The notes: a model not told the origin generated them from the letters alone. Shown: positions 1 through 9,422, counted from the first letter of the stretch. The stretch is DNA of 64,000 nt from Ilumatobacteraceae bacterium (GCA_963698435.1 CAVOQV010000017.1:53812-117811), one strand, 5' to 3'. Made by a program: numbers and translations.

Positions 1-191
1 CACCAGGTCGAGCATCGAACGTGCGACCGACGCCTCGCCGCTGACGTGTACCGCACCGCCGATCGCCTCGGCGACGTCCGGGATCGAACCACCCGTCCAG
101 CGCCGGACCTCGTAGCGGAACACCCGCCACCGCCGCAGACTGCGCAGGCCGACCGGACCCTCTCTCAACGTTACGTCGACCGGCAACCTCG

Positions 192-244
192 ACGTTTGCG
201 TACAACTTCCGGTGGGGCCGGTCACCGAAATCCGCACGCAAACG
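192..244 (+). repeat. Copy A of a repeated two-helix hairpin element (outer stem CGTTTGCG/CGCAAACG), followed by a G-run tract
   Basis: ACGTTTGCGTACAACTTCCGGTGGGGCCGGTCACCGAAATCCGCACGCAAACG. It aligns with 14678-14735 (minus strand) and 31189-31243. Confidence 0.7.
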
Positions 245-263
245 GGATGGGGAGGGCGTCGGG

Positions 264-335
264 GCGGGGCGGGGTGGGAAGGGCGGTGGGGGTCGGTTCG
301 GGGCGGGGTGGGAAGGGCGGTTCGGGGCGGGGTGA
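264..335 (+). repeat. G-rich direct repeat (unit about TCGGGGCGGGGTGGGAAGGGCGGT, 2-3 copies), G-quadruplex-prone
   Basis: The unit is seen at about 264-287 and 298-321, with a partial copy at 322-335. There are many consecutive GGG/GGGG runs on the + strand. Confidence 0.7.
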
Positions 336-387
336 CTTCGGGCGCTCGACGGTGCTTTTCCTGCCGGGTTCCGGCAGCGTGGGGGAC

Positions 388-1613
388 GTGATTTCCCAAC
401 GAGTCGACATCGCGGTCATCGGTGCCGGTCCGGCCGGCGCGGCGACGGCGATTCAGGCCGCCCGCTCGGGCGCCCGCGTCGTCGTGTTCGAGAAGGGCGT
501 CCACGGTCGCGACAAGGTCTGCGGTGACGGCCTGACCCCGCCGCGGTCGGTGCCCTCAACGAATTGAAGATTCCCCTCGACGACGCCCACCACATCCGTG
601 GCCTGCGGATGATCGCCGGCAAGCAGGTGCGCGAACTCGACTGGCCGACCACCGACCGCTTCCCGAATCACGGCGCCGTATGGCCTCGCCGGCGACTCGA
701 CGCGGCACTGATGGACGCCGCCGTCGAGGCCGGCGCCGACATCGTGTTCGAGACCGAGGCCTCCCCGGTGATCGACGACGACGGGCGGGTCACCGGCGTC
801 GAGGCGAACGGCAACCGGATCGACGCCGACCTCACCGTGATCGCCGCAGGCGCACAGGGCGCCGTGGCGCGCAAGCTCGGCGCCGATCGCGTCCCCGACG
901 AGCCGTTCGGTCTGGCGATCCGCACCTACGCCGCGACGCCGCGGCACACCGACGTGCACCTCGAGGCGTGCCTGTCGTTGAAGGACGAGCACGGCACGGC
1001 CATCCCCGGTTACGGCTGGATGTTCCCGGCAGGCGATGGCACCGTGAACATCGGCGTCGGCGCGCTGTCGACGATGAAGGGGTTCAAGAAGCTCAATCTG
1101 AACACGCTGCTCGAGGCCTACCGCCACCTGGTGCAGGACGACTGGGACATCGGCCCGAACCTCGAACGGCCGCGTGCGTGGCGGCTGCCGATGTCGACGC
1201 AGCGCCGCCACGGTGCGGGATGGGTCGCGATCGGCGATGCCGCCGGACTGGTCAACCCGATGAACGGCGAAGGCATCGACTACGGCCTCGAGTCCGGCAT
1301 GCTGGCCGCCGACCTCTTCCTCGAGAACCCAGCCACCGCACCGGCCCGCTACGACCAACTCGTCGGTGAACGGTTCGACGCGTTCCTCCGAACCGGGCGG
1401 CGGTTCTCATTCCTCATCGGCCATCCCTGGATCCTGAAGCCCGGCCTCCGGCTGTCGGTGAGCACCGACGCGATCGCCAACATCACACTGGCCGTCATGG
1501 GCAACCTGGTCGACAACACGACACCCGGAGCAGCCGGGCGGGTGCTGTCGCTCGCCGACAAGACGCTGGGTCTCGCCGACCCGATCCTGCGCAAGACCCG
1601 CGCGGCCGCCTGA
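388..1613 (+). pseudogene. Geranylgeranyl reductase family FAD-dependent oxidoreductase, with the reading frame interrupted within 528-567
   Basis: The Rossmann motif DIAVIGAGPAGAATA and CGDGLTP lie in the frame of ORF 46..567 (GTG 379 or 388). The protein continues as ALNELKIPLDD...PGYGWMFPAGDGTVNIGVG...GDAAGLVNPMNGEGIDYG in the frame of ORF 564..1613. One extra C in the run at 536-539 would give GDGLTPAAVGALNEL. Confidence 0.75.
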
Positions 1614-1691
1614 TCGGGCACGTGTCACATCGTGGCGGGCCTGACGTGACGCTCGTCCCACGGCACGGCGTCGACGTGCGACACTGATGCC

Positions 1692-2042
1692 ATGAGCCTG
1701 GAGATCTCTGCCATCACGTTCGACTGTGCCCACGCCGAGCGCCTCGCCGAGTTCTGGTCGGCAGCCCTCGATCGTCCGGTCGACCGGGACGGCGACTACG
1801 CGGCATCGCCGTTCTTCGCCCGCCTCCTCGGGACCCCGACGATCATGTTCATCCAGGTGCCGGAGGGGAAGTCGGCCAAGAACCGCGTCCACCTCGACCT
1901 CGATTCGACCGACCGTGCCGGCGAGGTCGACCGGCTGGTCGGGCTCGGAGCCTCGATCATCCACCACAAGGAGGAGTTCGGCTTCGCCTGGACGACGCTC
2001 GCCGATCCCGAGGGCAACGAGTTCTGCATCGCCACCCACTGA
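1692..2042 (+). CDS. VOC (glyoxalase-like) family protein
   Basis: 116-aa ORF with FDCAHAERLAEFWSAAL, NRVHLDLDS and C-terminal ADPEGNEFCI, typical of small glyoxalase-like domain proteins. Confidence 0.7.
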   Translation: MSLEISAITFDCAHAERLAEFWSAALDRPVDRDGDYAASPFFARLLGTPTIMFIQVPEGKSAKNRVHLDLDSTDRAGEVDRLVGLGASIIHHKEEFGFAWTTLADPEGNEFCIATH

Positions 2043-2075
2043 CACCGGCACGCGCCGCGAGGGCCTCGACAGCAG

Positions 2076-2132
2076 TGCATTTCTCGACGGATCTGGTCGC
2101 AACTGCCGCGACACGATCCGAACAGAAATGCA
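2076..2132. terminator. Long three-tier hairpin between convergent genes (candidate bidirectional terminator)
   Basis: TGCATTTCT..GGATC..GTCGC-loop-GCGAC..GATCC..AGAAATGCA. It lies between the VOC stop (2042) and the LLM-fragment stop (2151). Confidence 0.5.
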
Positions 2133-2150
2133 GGCACCGGGCGACGGGGA

Positions 2151-2900
2151 TCAGCGCAGTGCTCGGAGTACGGGCTCGAAGTCGTCGAGTTCGCGCACGG
2201 CGAAGTAGTTGATGCCCCATCGCTCGTTGCAGGTCATCAGGTGCAGCACGATCTCCTCGACGGTGCCGATCAGCAGATACGGCGTCGCCATCGCGTCCTC
2301 CATCGTCAGCCCGTCCACGCGTTCGACCACCTTCGCGAGTGCGGACTCGCGGTCGTCGGTGATCTGGACCACCTGCACCATCGCGTTGAACTCGATGTCG
2401 TCGAAGCGCCCGCCGGCGCCCACGCGCACCTGCGCGATCTGTTCGTCGAGATGCCGCGTCGACCACTTGACCTCGTGACTGTGACCGTCCTCGCGTGTGC
2501 GTCCGACGCCTTGCAGTCCGACGATGTCGGCATGCCGCCCGGCATGGGCGAGCAGCGCGGAGCCGTTGCCGGCGACGAGGATCGGCACGCGCTCCTGGTG
2601 GGCCCGGTCGATGCGGGCGCGATCGACGCGGTGGTACTCGCCCTCGAACTCGACCACCTCGCCGGCGAGGAGGTCGCGGATGATCTCCACGCTCTCCGCC
2701 AGCCGCCGCTTGCGCTCGCCCGGCGCCGACCGTTCGATCCCGGTCGCGTCGTATTCGCTCGGGGTGTGCCCGGCACCGAGACCCAGCTCGAAGCGACCAC
2801 CGGAGATGCGGTCGATCGTCGAGACCTGCCAGGCGAGCTGCACGGGATTGCGCATGTCGTTGTTGAGCACGAGCGTGCCGAGCCGGATCCGTTCGGTCAC
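2151..2900 (-). pseudogene. Luciferase-like monooxygenase (LLM, F420-dependent class) lacking its N-terminal ~60-70 residues
   Basis: It matches LLM proteins from RLGTLVLN onward (FELGLGAGH, VPILVAGNG). The only start is GTG 2900, and an in-frame TGA (2925-2927, the stop of the upstream permease) lies 8 codons upstream. Confidence 0.55.
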
Positions 2901-2924
2901 CGACGCGATCGCCGACGGCGTCGG

Positions 2925-3676
2925 TCAGTCGACGTCCTGGTTGGCGAGGCGCCAGGAGGCGATGGCGAGCGCCGCCACGGCCACGACGACCGGGGTGATC
3001 ACGGCCGTGGCGAGCGAGAAGTCGGCGAGGTCGAGATCGGCGCCGGTGCGGTCGACCAGGATCGAGCGGGTGTACTTGCGCAGCGCGACCCGCGCGACGC
3101 CGGCACCCGCCTGGGCGATGAATCCCTCCCAGATCAGGATGTACGCGAGCCCCCACACGATGAAGCGCTTGAGCCACACCCCGAACAGCGTGAACACCGC
3201 CACGTACGCCACGAGGCCCACGACGGTCGCCAACAGCGTGGCGGCGACGATGCCGTTGCCGGCCCCGGTGAGGATCGCCGCGAGCACGATCGGCACGATG
3301 GTGATCGGAGCGGCGAGGGTGCCGGCAGCGAGCGCCGCGCCGAGGACGATCGGCCAGCGATCCATCGGCCGCAACCACAGGTACACGAGGGTCTTGTCGT
3401 CTCGCAGGTCCCCGATCGCGGCGCCGGCGAACACGAGCGCGACCACAGGGAGCACCAGACCGAGCCCGACGCTCGCGATCAACCGCACCGAGTCGTCGAG
3501 CGAGGGATCGGAGCTGCCGAGTGCGAATGCCGAGATCGGCGCCACGAGCGCGAGCAGCGACAGCCCGATGATGCGCGACCGGCTCGTCAGCTGGCGGAGC
3601 ACGACGCGGTACGACAAAGCGATCGCCGGGCCGGGAGCGACGTGACGCCGCGCTCGGTCGGGGTTGGAGACCACGC

Positions 3677-3680
<4 letters not shown>
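2925..3680 (-). CDS. ABC-2 type transporter permease (second permease of the operon)
   Basis: 251 aa, multi-pass hydrophobic, starting MSVVSNPDR. Its ATG overlaps the stop of the upstream ATPase (ATGA at 3677-3680). Confidence 0.75.
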
Positions 3681-4698
<1,018 letters not shown>

Positions 4699-4702
<4 letters not shown>

Positions 4703-5580
4703 CTGGCGATCACCAGCTTCGAGTAGCGCCACCACACGATCACCACGCCGCCGACGGTCCAGGCGACGTTGCTCGCCAACACCGCCCACGTGGCGAGCTC
4801 GGGGAAGTTGCCGGGGTCGCCGAAGATGCGGAAGACCAGTTCGAACGGCATCGTCGAGATGTCGATCAGCCGCCAGTACGGGGAGAGGTCCGCTCCGTCG
4901 ACCAGGGCCGCGGCGAGGATCGGCGTCGCGAACAGCAGGAGCACGATGCCGATCGCCGCGAACGCCCGACGGTCGGTGAGGCTCGACGCCGCCATCGAGA
5001 CCGCCGCGAGCGCGGCGGAGATCGCCACGCCCGACAGCACGATCCGTCCGAGCGTCGACAGCCAGCCGTTGAGCCCGTCCGGCCCCGCGTTCTCGACGGT
5101 GTACCCGATCAGCATCAGCACCGGTGGCAGCAGCGTGACGAGGCCGAGCATCGTGGCCACCGCCACCGCCTTGGCGACGAGGTAGGTCCGCCGGTCGAGC
5201 GGGGTCGACAGATACATCGCGAGCATCCCGTTGCGGCGATCGGAAACCAGCACCTCGGGTGCGACCAGCGCGGTGAACAGCACGATGGCGAGGATGATGA
5301 AGCCGTAGTAGCCCGGGTAGTCGGCGACTTCCTCGGGCTCGAGGATGTCCGACGGGATGAGCACGGCGATGCCGATGAAGACCACGGCCGGGAGGTACGC
5401 GATCACGACCGAGATCACCGGGAAGATCTTGTGGCGCGCCGGTCGACCGAGGCCGAGCGTGGCACGGATGCTCTCCCAGCTGACGCTGCGGATGGCACCG
5501 GGCACCCCGGATCGGCGACCCTCGTAACGCTGGAAGCCACGCTCGACGATCTGGGCGTCGCCGCGCCCGGAAGCGCTCAT
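4699..5580 (-). CDS. ABC-2 type transporter permease (first permease)
   Basis: 293 aa with about 6 hydrophobic helices. ATGA overlap with the upstream ATPase at 5577-5580. Confidence 0.75.
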
Positions 5581-6530
5581 CGGTCCTCCCCGGCCCCGTC
5601 TCCACCCGGACCGTCATCGGAAAAGATGTCGTCGAGGGTGCGACGGTGGTGGCCGAGGCGACGCAGACGTGCGCCGGCGTCGGTCACGCTGCGCGCAGCG
5701 AGGTCGAACAGCTCGTCGTCGGTCAGGCCCACCACCGACAACACGTTGCCATCGCGGCGGACACCGGCGCCGGCCGCGACGAGACGCGCGGTGACCTCGT
5801 CGACCGAACGTGGTCGATCGGGGATGTCGACGAGTTCCAGTTCGATGCCACCGGAGGCGCCAGCAAGTTCCGTCATCGACCCCTGCGCGACGAGCCTGCC
5901 TTCGGCCAGTGCGACGACGTGGTCGCAGACCCGCTCGACTTCTTCGAGCACGTGCGACGACAGCATCACGTCGATCCCGAAGTTGCGGTTGACCTGCACG
6001 ATGATGTTCAACATCTCGTCGCGCTGCACGGGATCGAGACCGTCGGTCGGTTCGTCGAGCACGATCAGTCGAGGGTCGGCGGCGATCGCCTGAGCGAGCT
6101 TGACGCGTTGGCGCTGGCCGGTGGACATCGTGCCGAGCGCCCGGAATCGTTCCTCGCCGAGCCCGACCAGGTACAGCGAGTCGCTCGCCCGGCTGCGCGC
6201 CTCGTCGCGCGGCAGGCCCTTCACCTCGGCGAGATGGCGTACGAAGTCGTAGGCGCGCAGGTCGTCGGGGAACACGTTCCGCTCGGGGCCGTAGCCGATC
6301 TGGGCGCGCAGCTCCGGTCCCTCGTGGGCGGGGTCGAGACCGAGCACGCTGATCGAGCCCGATGTCGGCGTCAACAGTCCGAGCACGAGCGAGATCAGCG
6401 TGGTCTTGCCGGCGCCGTTGGCTCCGACGAGGCCGGTGACACCGCTCGGGATCGAGACGTCGAGCACGTCGAGCGCTCGGGTCGAGGGGAACTGCATGAC
6501 CAGGCCCCGGGTCTCGATGATCGCCGACAC
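5577..6530 (-). CDS. ABC transporter ATP-binding protein (first ATPase)
   Basis: Walker A GANGAGKTT, signature MSTGQRQR, Walker B IVLDEPTDGLD. GTG start at 6530. Confidence 0.9.
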   Translation of the reverse strand: MSAIIETRGLVMQFPSTRALDVLDVSIPSGVTGLVGANGAGKTTLISLVLGLLTPTSGSISVLGLDPAHEGPELRAQIGYGPERNVFPDDLRAYDFVRHLAEVKGLPRDEARSRASDSLYLVGLGEERFRALGTMSTGQRQRVKLAQAIAADPRLIVLDEPTDGLDPVQRDEMLNIIVQVNRNFGIDVMLSSHVLEEVERVCDHVVALAEGRLVAQGSMTELAGASGGIELELVDIPDRPRSVDEVTARLVAAGAGVRRDGNVLSVVGLTDDELFDLAARSVTDAGARLRRLGHHRRTLDDIFSDDGPGGDGAGEDR

Positions 6531-6556
6531 GAAGGCGAGTCTGCCAGCTCTCGACT

Positions 6557-6583
6557 GTCACACCGTGCCGGGTCAGATGTGAC
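6557..6583 (+). repeat. 27-nt repeated element GTCACACCGTGCCGGGTCAGATGTGAC (copy 1)
   Basis: 26/27 identical to the reverse complement of 46004-46030. The ends form a GTCACA/TGTGAC inverted repeat. It lies in the divergent promoter region between the ABC operon and the PhyH gene. Confidence 0.7.
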
Positions 6584-6602
6584 AGTTCACTACCGTCGAG
6601 CC

Positions 6603-7439
6603 ATGAGTCTCATCCACCTGTCTGCGACAGCGAGCATCGAGGAGATCCACGAGGTGTTGCACCGCGATGCAGCGCTGATCATCGACGGCCTGGCCGACAT
6701 CGAGCAGATCGATGCGATCAACGCCGAGATGGCTCCGTTCGTCGCCGCCACGCCGCCCGGGAGCGACGACTTCTCGGGCCGCAACACCAAGCGAACGGGA
6801 GCACTGATCGCCCGGTCGCCATCGAGCCACGCGCTCGTGCAGCATCCGACCATCCTCGGCGTGACCGAGAAGCTGCTGCATCGGGCGCAGAGCTTCCAGC
6901 TGCACCTCACACAGGTGATCTCGATCGGGCCCGACTCGCCCGGACAGTCGATCCACCGCGACCAGTGGGCGTTCGACTTCTTCGAGTTCCCGGGCGACTA
7001 CGACGTCCAGTGCAACACGATCTGGGCGCTCACCGACTTCACCGAGGCAAACGGCGCGACCCGCCTGATGCCCGGCAGCCAACACCTGCCGGACAGCTTC
7101 GAGCACACCGTCGACGAGACCGTGACGGCCGAGATGGCAAAGGGCTCGTGCCTGCTCTACACCGGCAAGGTGTACCACGGGGGCGGCGCCAACACGTCCG
7201 ACGAGACCCGGATGGGCCTGAACATCACCTATGACGTCGGCTGGCTCCGCCAGGAGGAGAACCAGTACCTGTCGGTTCCTCGCGACGTCGCTGTCGAGCT
7301 ACCCGACGAGCTGTTGCGGCTGATGGGCTATCGCATCGGGGCGTACGCCCTCGGCTACATCGACGACGTTCGCGACCCGATCGAGGCGATACGCGGCGCC
7401 ACGGGCTCGATGTCGTTCGGAGATCTGGCGCCGGGGTGA
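6603..7439 (+). CDS. Phytanoyl-CoA dioxygenase (PhyH) family Fe(II)/2-oxoglutarate oxygenase
   Basis: 278 aa from ATG 6603. Motifs QSIHRDQW (HxD), ATRLMPGSQH and VYHGGGAN. Confidence 0.75.
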   Translation: MSLIHLSATASIEEIHEVLHRDAALIIDGLADIEQIDAINAEMAPFVAATPPGSDDFSGRNTKRTGALIARSPSSHALVQHPTILGVTEKLLHRAQSFQLHLTQVISIGPDSPGQSIHRDQWAFDFFEFPGDYDVQCNTIWALTDFTEANGATRLMPGSQHLPDSFEHTVDETVTAEMAKGSCLLYTGKVYHGGGANTSDETRMGLNITYDVGWLRQEENQYLSVPRDVAVELPDELLRLMGYRIGAYALGYIDDVRDPIEAIRGATGSMSFGDLAPG

Positions 7440-7448
7440 CGGCCGAGC

Positions 7449-8096
7449 GTGGTGGACCACATGGCCGAGCGTGAGCCCGCTGGATCCCGACGTCCGGGAC
7501 CGCGTCGTCCGCCGGGGTCCCCCTCGGGTCCCGACGAGGTCCGGCGCGCCGTCCTCGACGCGGCGGCGAGCCTGTTCGCGCAGCGAGGCCTCGCGGACGT
7601 CTCGCTGCGTGACATCGCCGCTGCGGCGGACACGCACGTGGCGCTGATCGGCAAGTACATCGGGAGTCGGGAGCAGTTGGAGATGGCCGTCTTCGACGAC
7701 CTGTCGGCGCAGCTCGCCGAGAGTGTCAGCAAGCATCCGCTGGAGGGCCAGGGCCACGGCGTCGACACGGTCATGGGCAAGTGGTCGAAGGTGGCGACGG
7801 CGCTGGTCATCCGTGGGCGCTCGCTGGCAGGCCGCCCTGGATTCAACCCGGTCGTCGCCATGGCGAGCACGATCGCCGAGGGCTACGGGATGGATCCCCT
7901 CGCCGCACGAGTACGCAGCGCACAGATCGTCGCAACCGCGATCGGCTGGCGGATCTTCGAGGACTACCTGGTCGAGGCCGGAGATCTCGACCAGGTGCCC
8001 CTGGCGATGCTCCGAGAGGACCTGGTTCACTCGGCGCGGCGCCAGGGCGCCACGCCGTGGCCGTCACCGACCGACCCCGCCCCCGTGTCGCGCTGA
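7449..8096 (+). CDS. TetR/AcrR family transcriptional regulator
   Basis: N-terminal HTH ...RRAVLDAAASLFAQRGLADVSLRDIAAAADTHVALIGKYIGSREQL. The start is uncertain (GTG 7449 or ATG 7461). Confidence 0.8.
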   Translation: MVDHMAEREPAGSRRPGPRRPPGSPSGPDEVRRAVLDAAASLFAQRGLADVSLRDIAAAADTHVALIGKYIGSREQLEMAVFDDLSAQLAESVSKHPLEGQGHGVDTVMGKWSKVATALVIRGRSLAGRPGFNPVVAMASTIAEGYGMDPLAARVRSAQIVATAIGWRIFEDYLVEAGDLDQVPLAMLREDLVHSARRQGATPWPSPTDPAPVSR

Positions 8097-8139
8097 CGGT
8101 CGATCAGGACCATCGGCCCTGGGGAGGATTCGGACAGCA

Positions 8140-8173
8140 GCGCATGATTTGTACAGACGTACAAATCATGCGC
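8140..8173. promoter_or_regulatory. Perfect 15-bp inverted repeat (candidate operator, or alternatively a terminator hairpin)
   Basis: GCGCATGATTTGTAC-agac-GTACAAATCATGCGC. It is AT-rich in a GC-rich context, 44 nt after the TetR stop and 52 nt before the DszB-like ATG. Confidence 0.55.
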
Positions 8174-8225
8174 TTCCGCCACCGTGATCGGGCGGCAGGA
8201 GCAGCCCGAGCAAGGAGGAAGTCGA

Positions 8226-9386
8226 ATGTCCGAGAGGGTGGCGACCACCGTTCCGCTGAGTTGGGACGAGGTGTGGTTCACGAACTGTCCGATGGTGTCG
8301 GCCAACAACGTCGACCAGGAACTCGGGTGGTGTCGTGAGGAGTACAAGAAGCTCGGCGTCGACTACGCGTACTTCCGTTCGTCGCCCGACAACAACTGGT
8401 ACCCGCACTACGTCCACAACCTCGACAATCTGATCCGGTTCGGTGGGCTCTACCCCCCGATCCACGTCAATGCCGACATCCGCCGAACTCGCCTGCTCGG
8501 CGCCACCCAGGTCCACGAGGGCGGCGCGATGTTGGTGCGGGCCCGCGACGACATCTTCCGGATGGACGACCTGCGCGGCAAGAAGATCGGCCTCACCAAG
8601 AGCCTCAACACCATCAAGAACGACTGGTGGCGCATCCAGGAGCACGCCGGCATCGAGTTGATGCTCCGCATGAACGGCATGACCACCGATGACGTCGAGA
8701 TCGTCGAGTTCCCGTATCCGGACGACTGGTACGACAAGCCCGAGATGCTCCAGGTCGAGATGAACAATCCCTCGGAGCTCTGGCTCCGCCGGGATCACAA
8801 GCACGACCTGGCGTTCCGGCCGCTCGAGACCGGTCTCGAGCAAGGGCTCGTCGACGCGATCTACACGCAGAGCAAGGTGTTCCAACACCTGCAGGAGGAC
8901 ACCGGCAAGTTCAAGGCGATCGAGGATCTGTCCAGGTATCCGGACTGGACCCTGCAGATGGCCAACTGCCCTGCGGTCATCACCTGTACCGACGTGATGG
9001 CCGACGAGCATCCCGAGCTGGTCGTGGCGTACATGAAGGCGATGATCAAGGTCGGTCGCTGGGCGAACGAACACAAGCACGCGGCCGCCGCGATCCTCAA
9101 CCGCCAGACGTTCTACCGCGACGTCGAGGACACCTACCAGGGGATCAAGGACGTCGACATGGTGCCCAACCTGTCGCCGAAGAATCTCGTGTCGATCGAC
9201 ATCGGCAAGGACTTCATGTTGCGCAACGGCTACATCCAGAACGACTTCGACGTCAACGAGTGGGCGGCGCCCCAGTTCCTCGAGCAGGCCGCACGCGAGC
9301 TCCTCGAGGAGGAATGGACGGTGAAGTCCACATCGAAGCTCCCCCAACCGACAGAGCTCGGCGCGACCGACGCCCGTCTCGGGTGA
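8226..9386 (+). CDS. DszB-like protein (2'-hydroxybiphenyl-2-sulfinate desulfinase / NMT1-SsuA periplasmic-binding-protein fold, no signal peptide)
   Basis: ATG 8226 is preceded by AAGGAGGAAG. Motifs FTNCPMVSA (DszB YSNCPVPNA), RFGGLYPP (RFGGEIPP), RTRLLG, DLRGKKIGLT (DLAGRRIGVS) and C-terminal WAAPQFL (WAAPEFL). The comparison with DszB is from memory. Confidence 0.55.
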   Translation: MSERVATTVPLSWDEVWFTNCPMVSANNVDQELGWCREEYKKLGVDYAYFRSSPDNNWYPHYVHNLDNLIRFGGLYPPIHVNADIRRTRLLGATQVHEGGAMLVRARDDIFRMDDLRGKKIGLTKSLNTIKNDWWRIQEHAGIELMLRMNGMTTDDVEIVEFPYPDDWYDKPEMLQVEMNNPSELWLRRDHKHDLAFRPLETGLEQGLVDAIYTQSKVFQHLQEDTGKFKAIEDLSRYPDWTLQMANCPAVITCTDVMADEHPELVVAYMKAMIKVGRWANEHKHAAAAILNRQTFYRDVEDTYQGIKDVDMVPNLSPKNLVSIDIGKDFMLRNGYIQNDFDVNEWAAPQFLEQAARELLEEEWTVKSTSKLPQPTELGATDARLG

Positions 9387-9422
9387 ATCGTCGTCTTCAC
9401 GAGCAGAAAGGACGACCCGGCC

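Noticed and set aside
46-387. The N-terminal 114 codons of ORF 46..567 as a real G/R-rich protein extension.
   Set aside because: This part is the translation of the hairpin element and the G-rich tandem repeat. The recognisable FAD-binding fold begins only at about 388.
6555-6585. The GTCACA...TGTGAC element as a CRP/FNR-type site.
   Set aside because: The CRP consensus is TGTGA-N6-TCACA. Here the half-sites are everted (TCACA...TGTGA) and 15 nt apart, so it does not fit that model.
8140-8173. The perfect palindrome as a transposon or IS terminal inverted repeat.
   Set aside because: The arms are separated by only 4 nt, with no intervening cargo and no second copy in the window.
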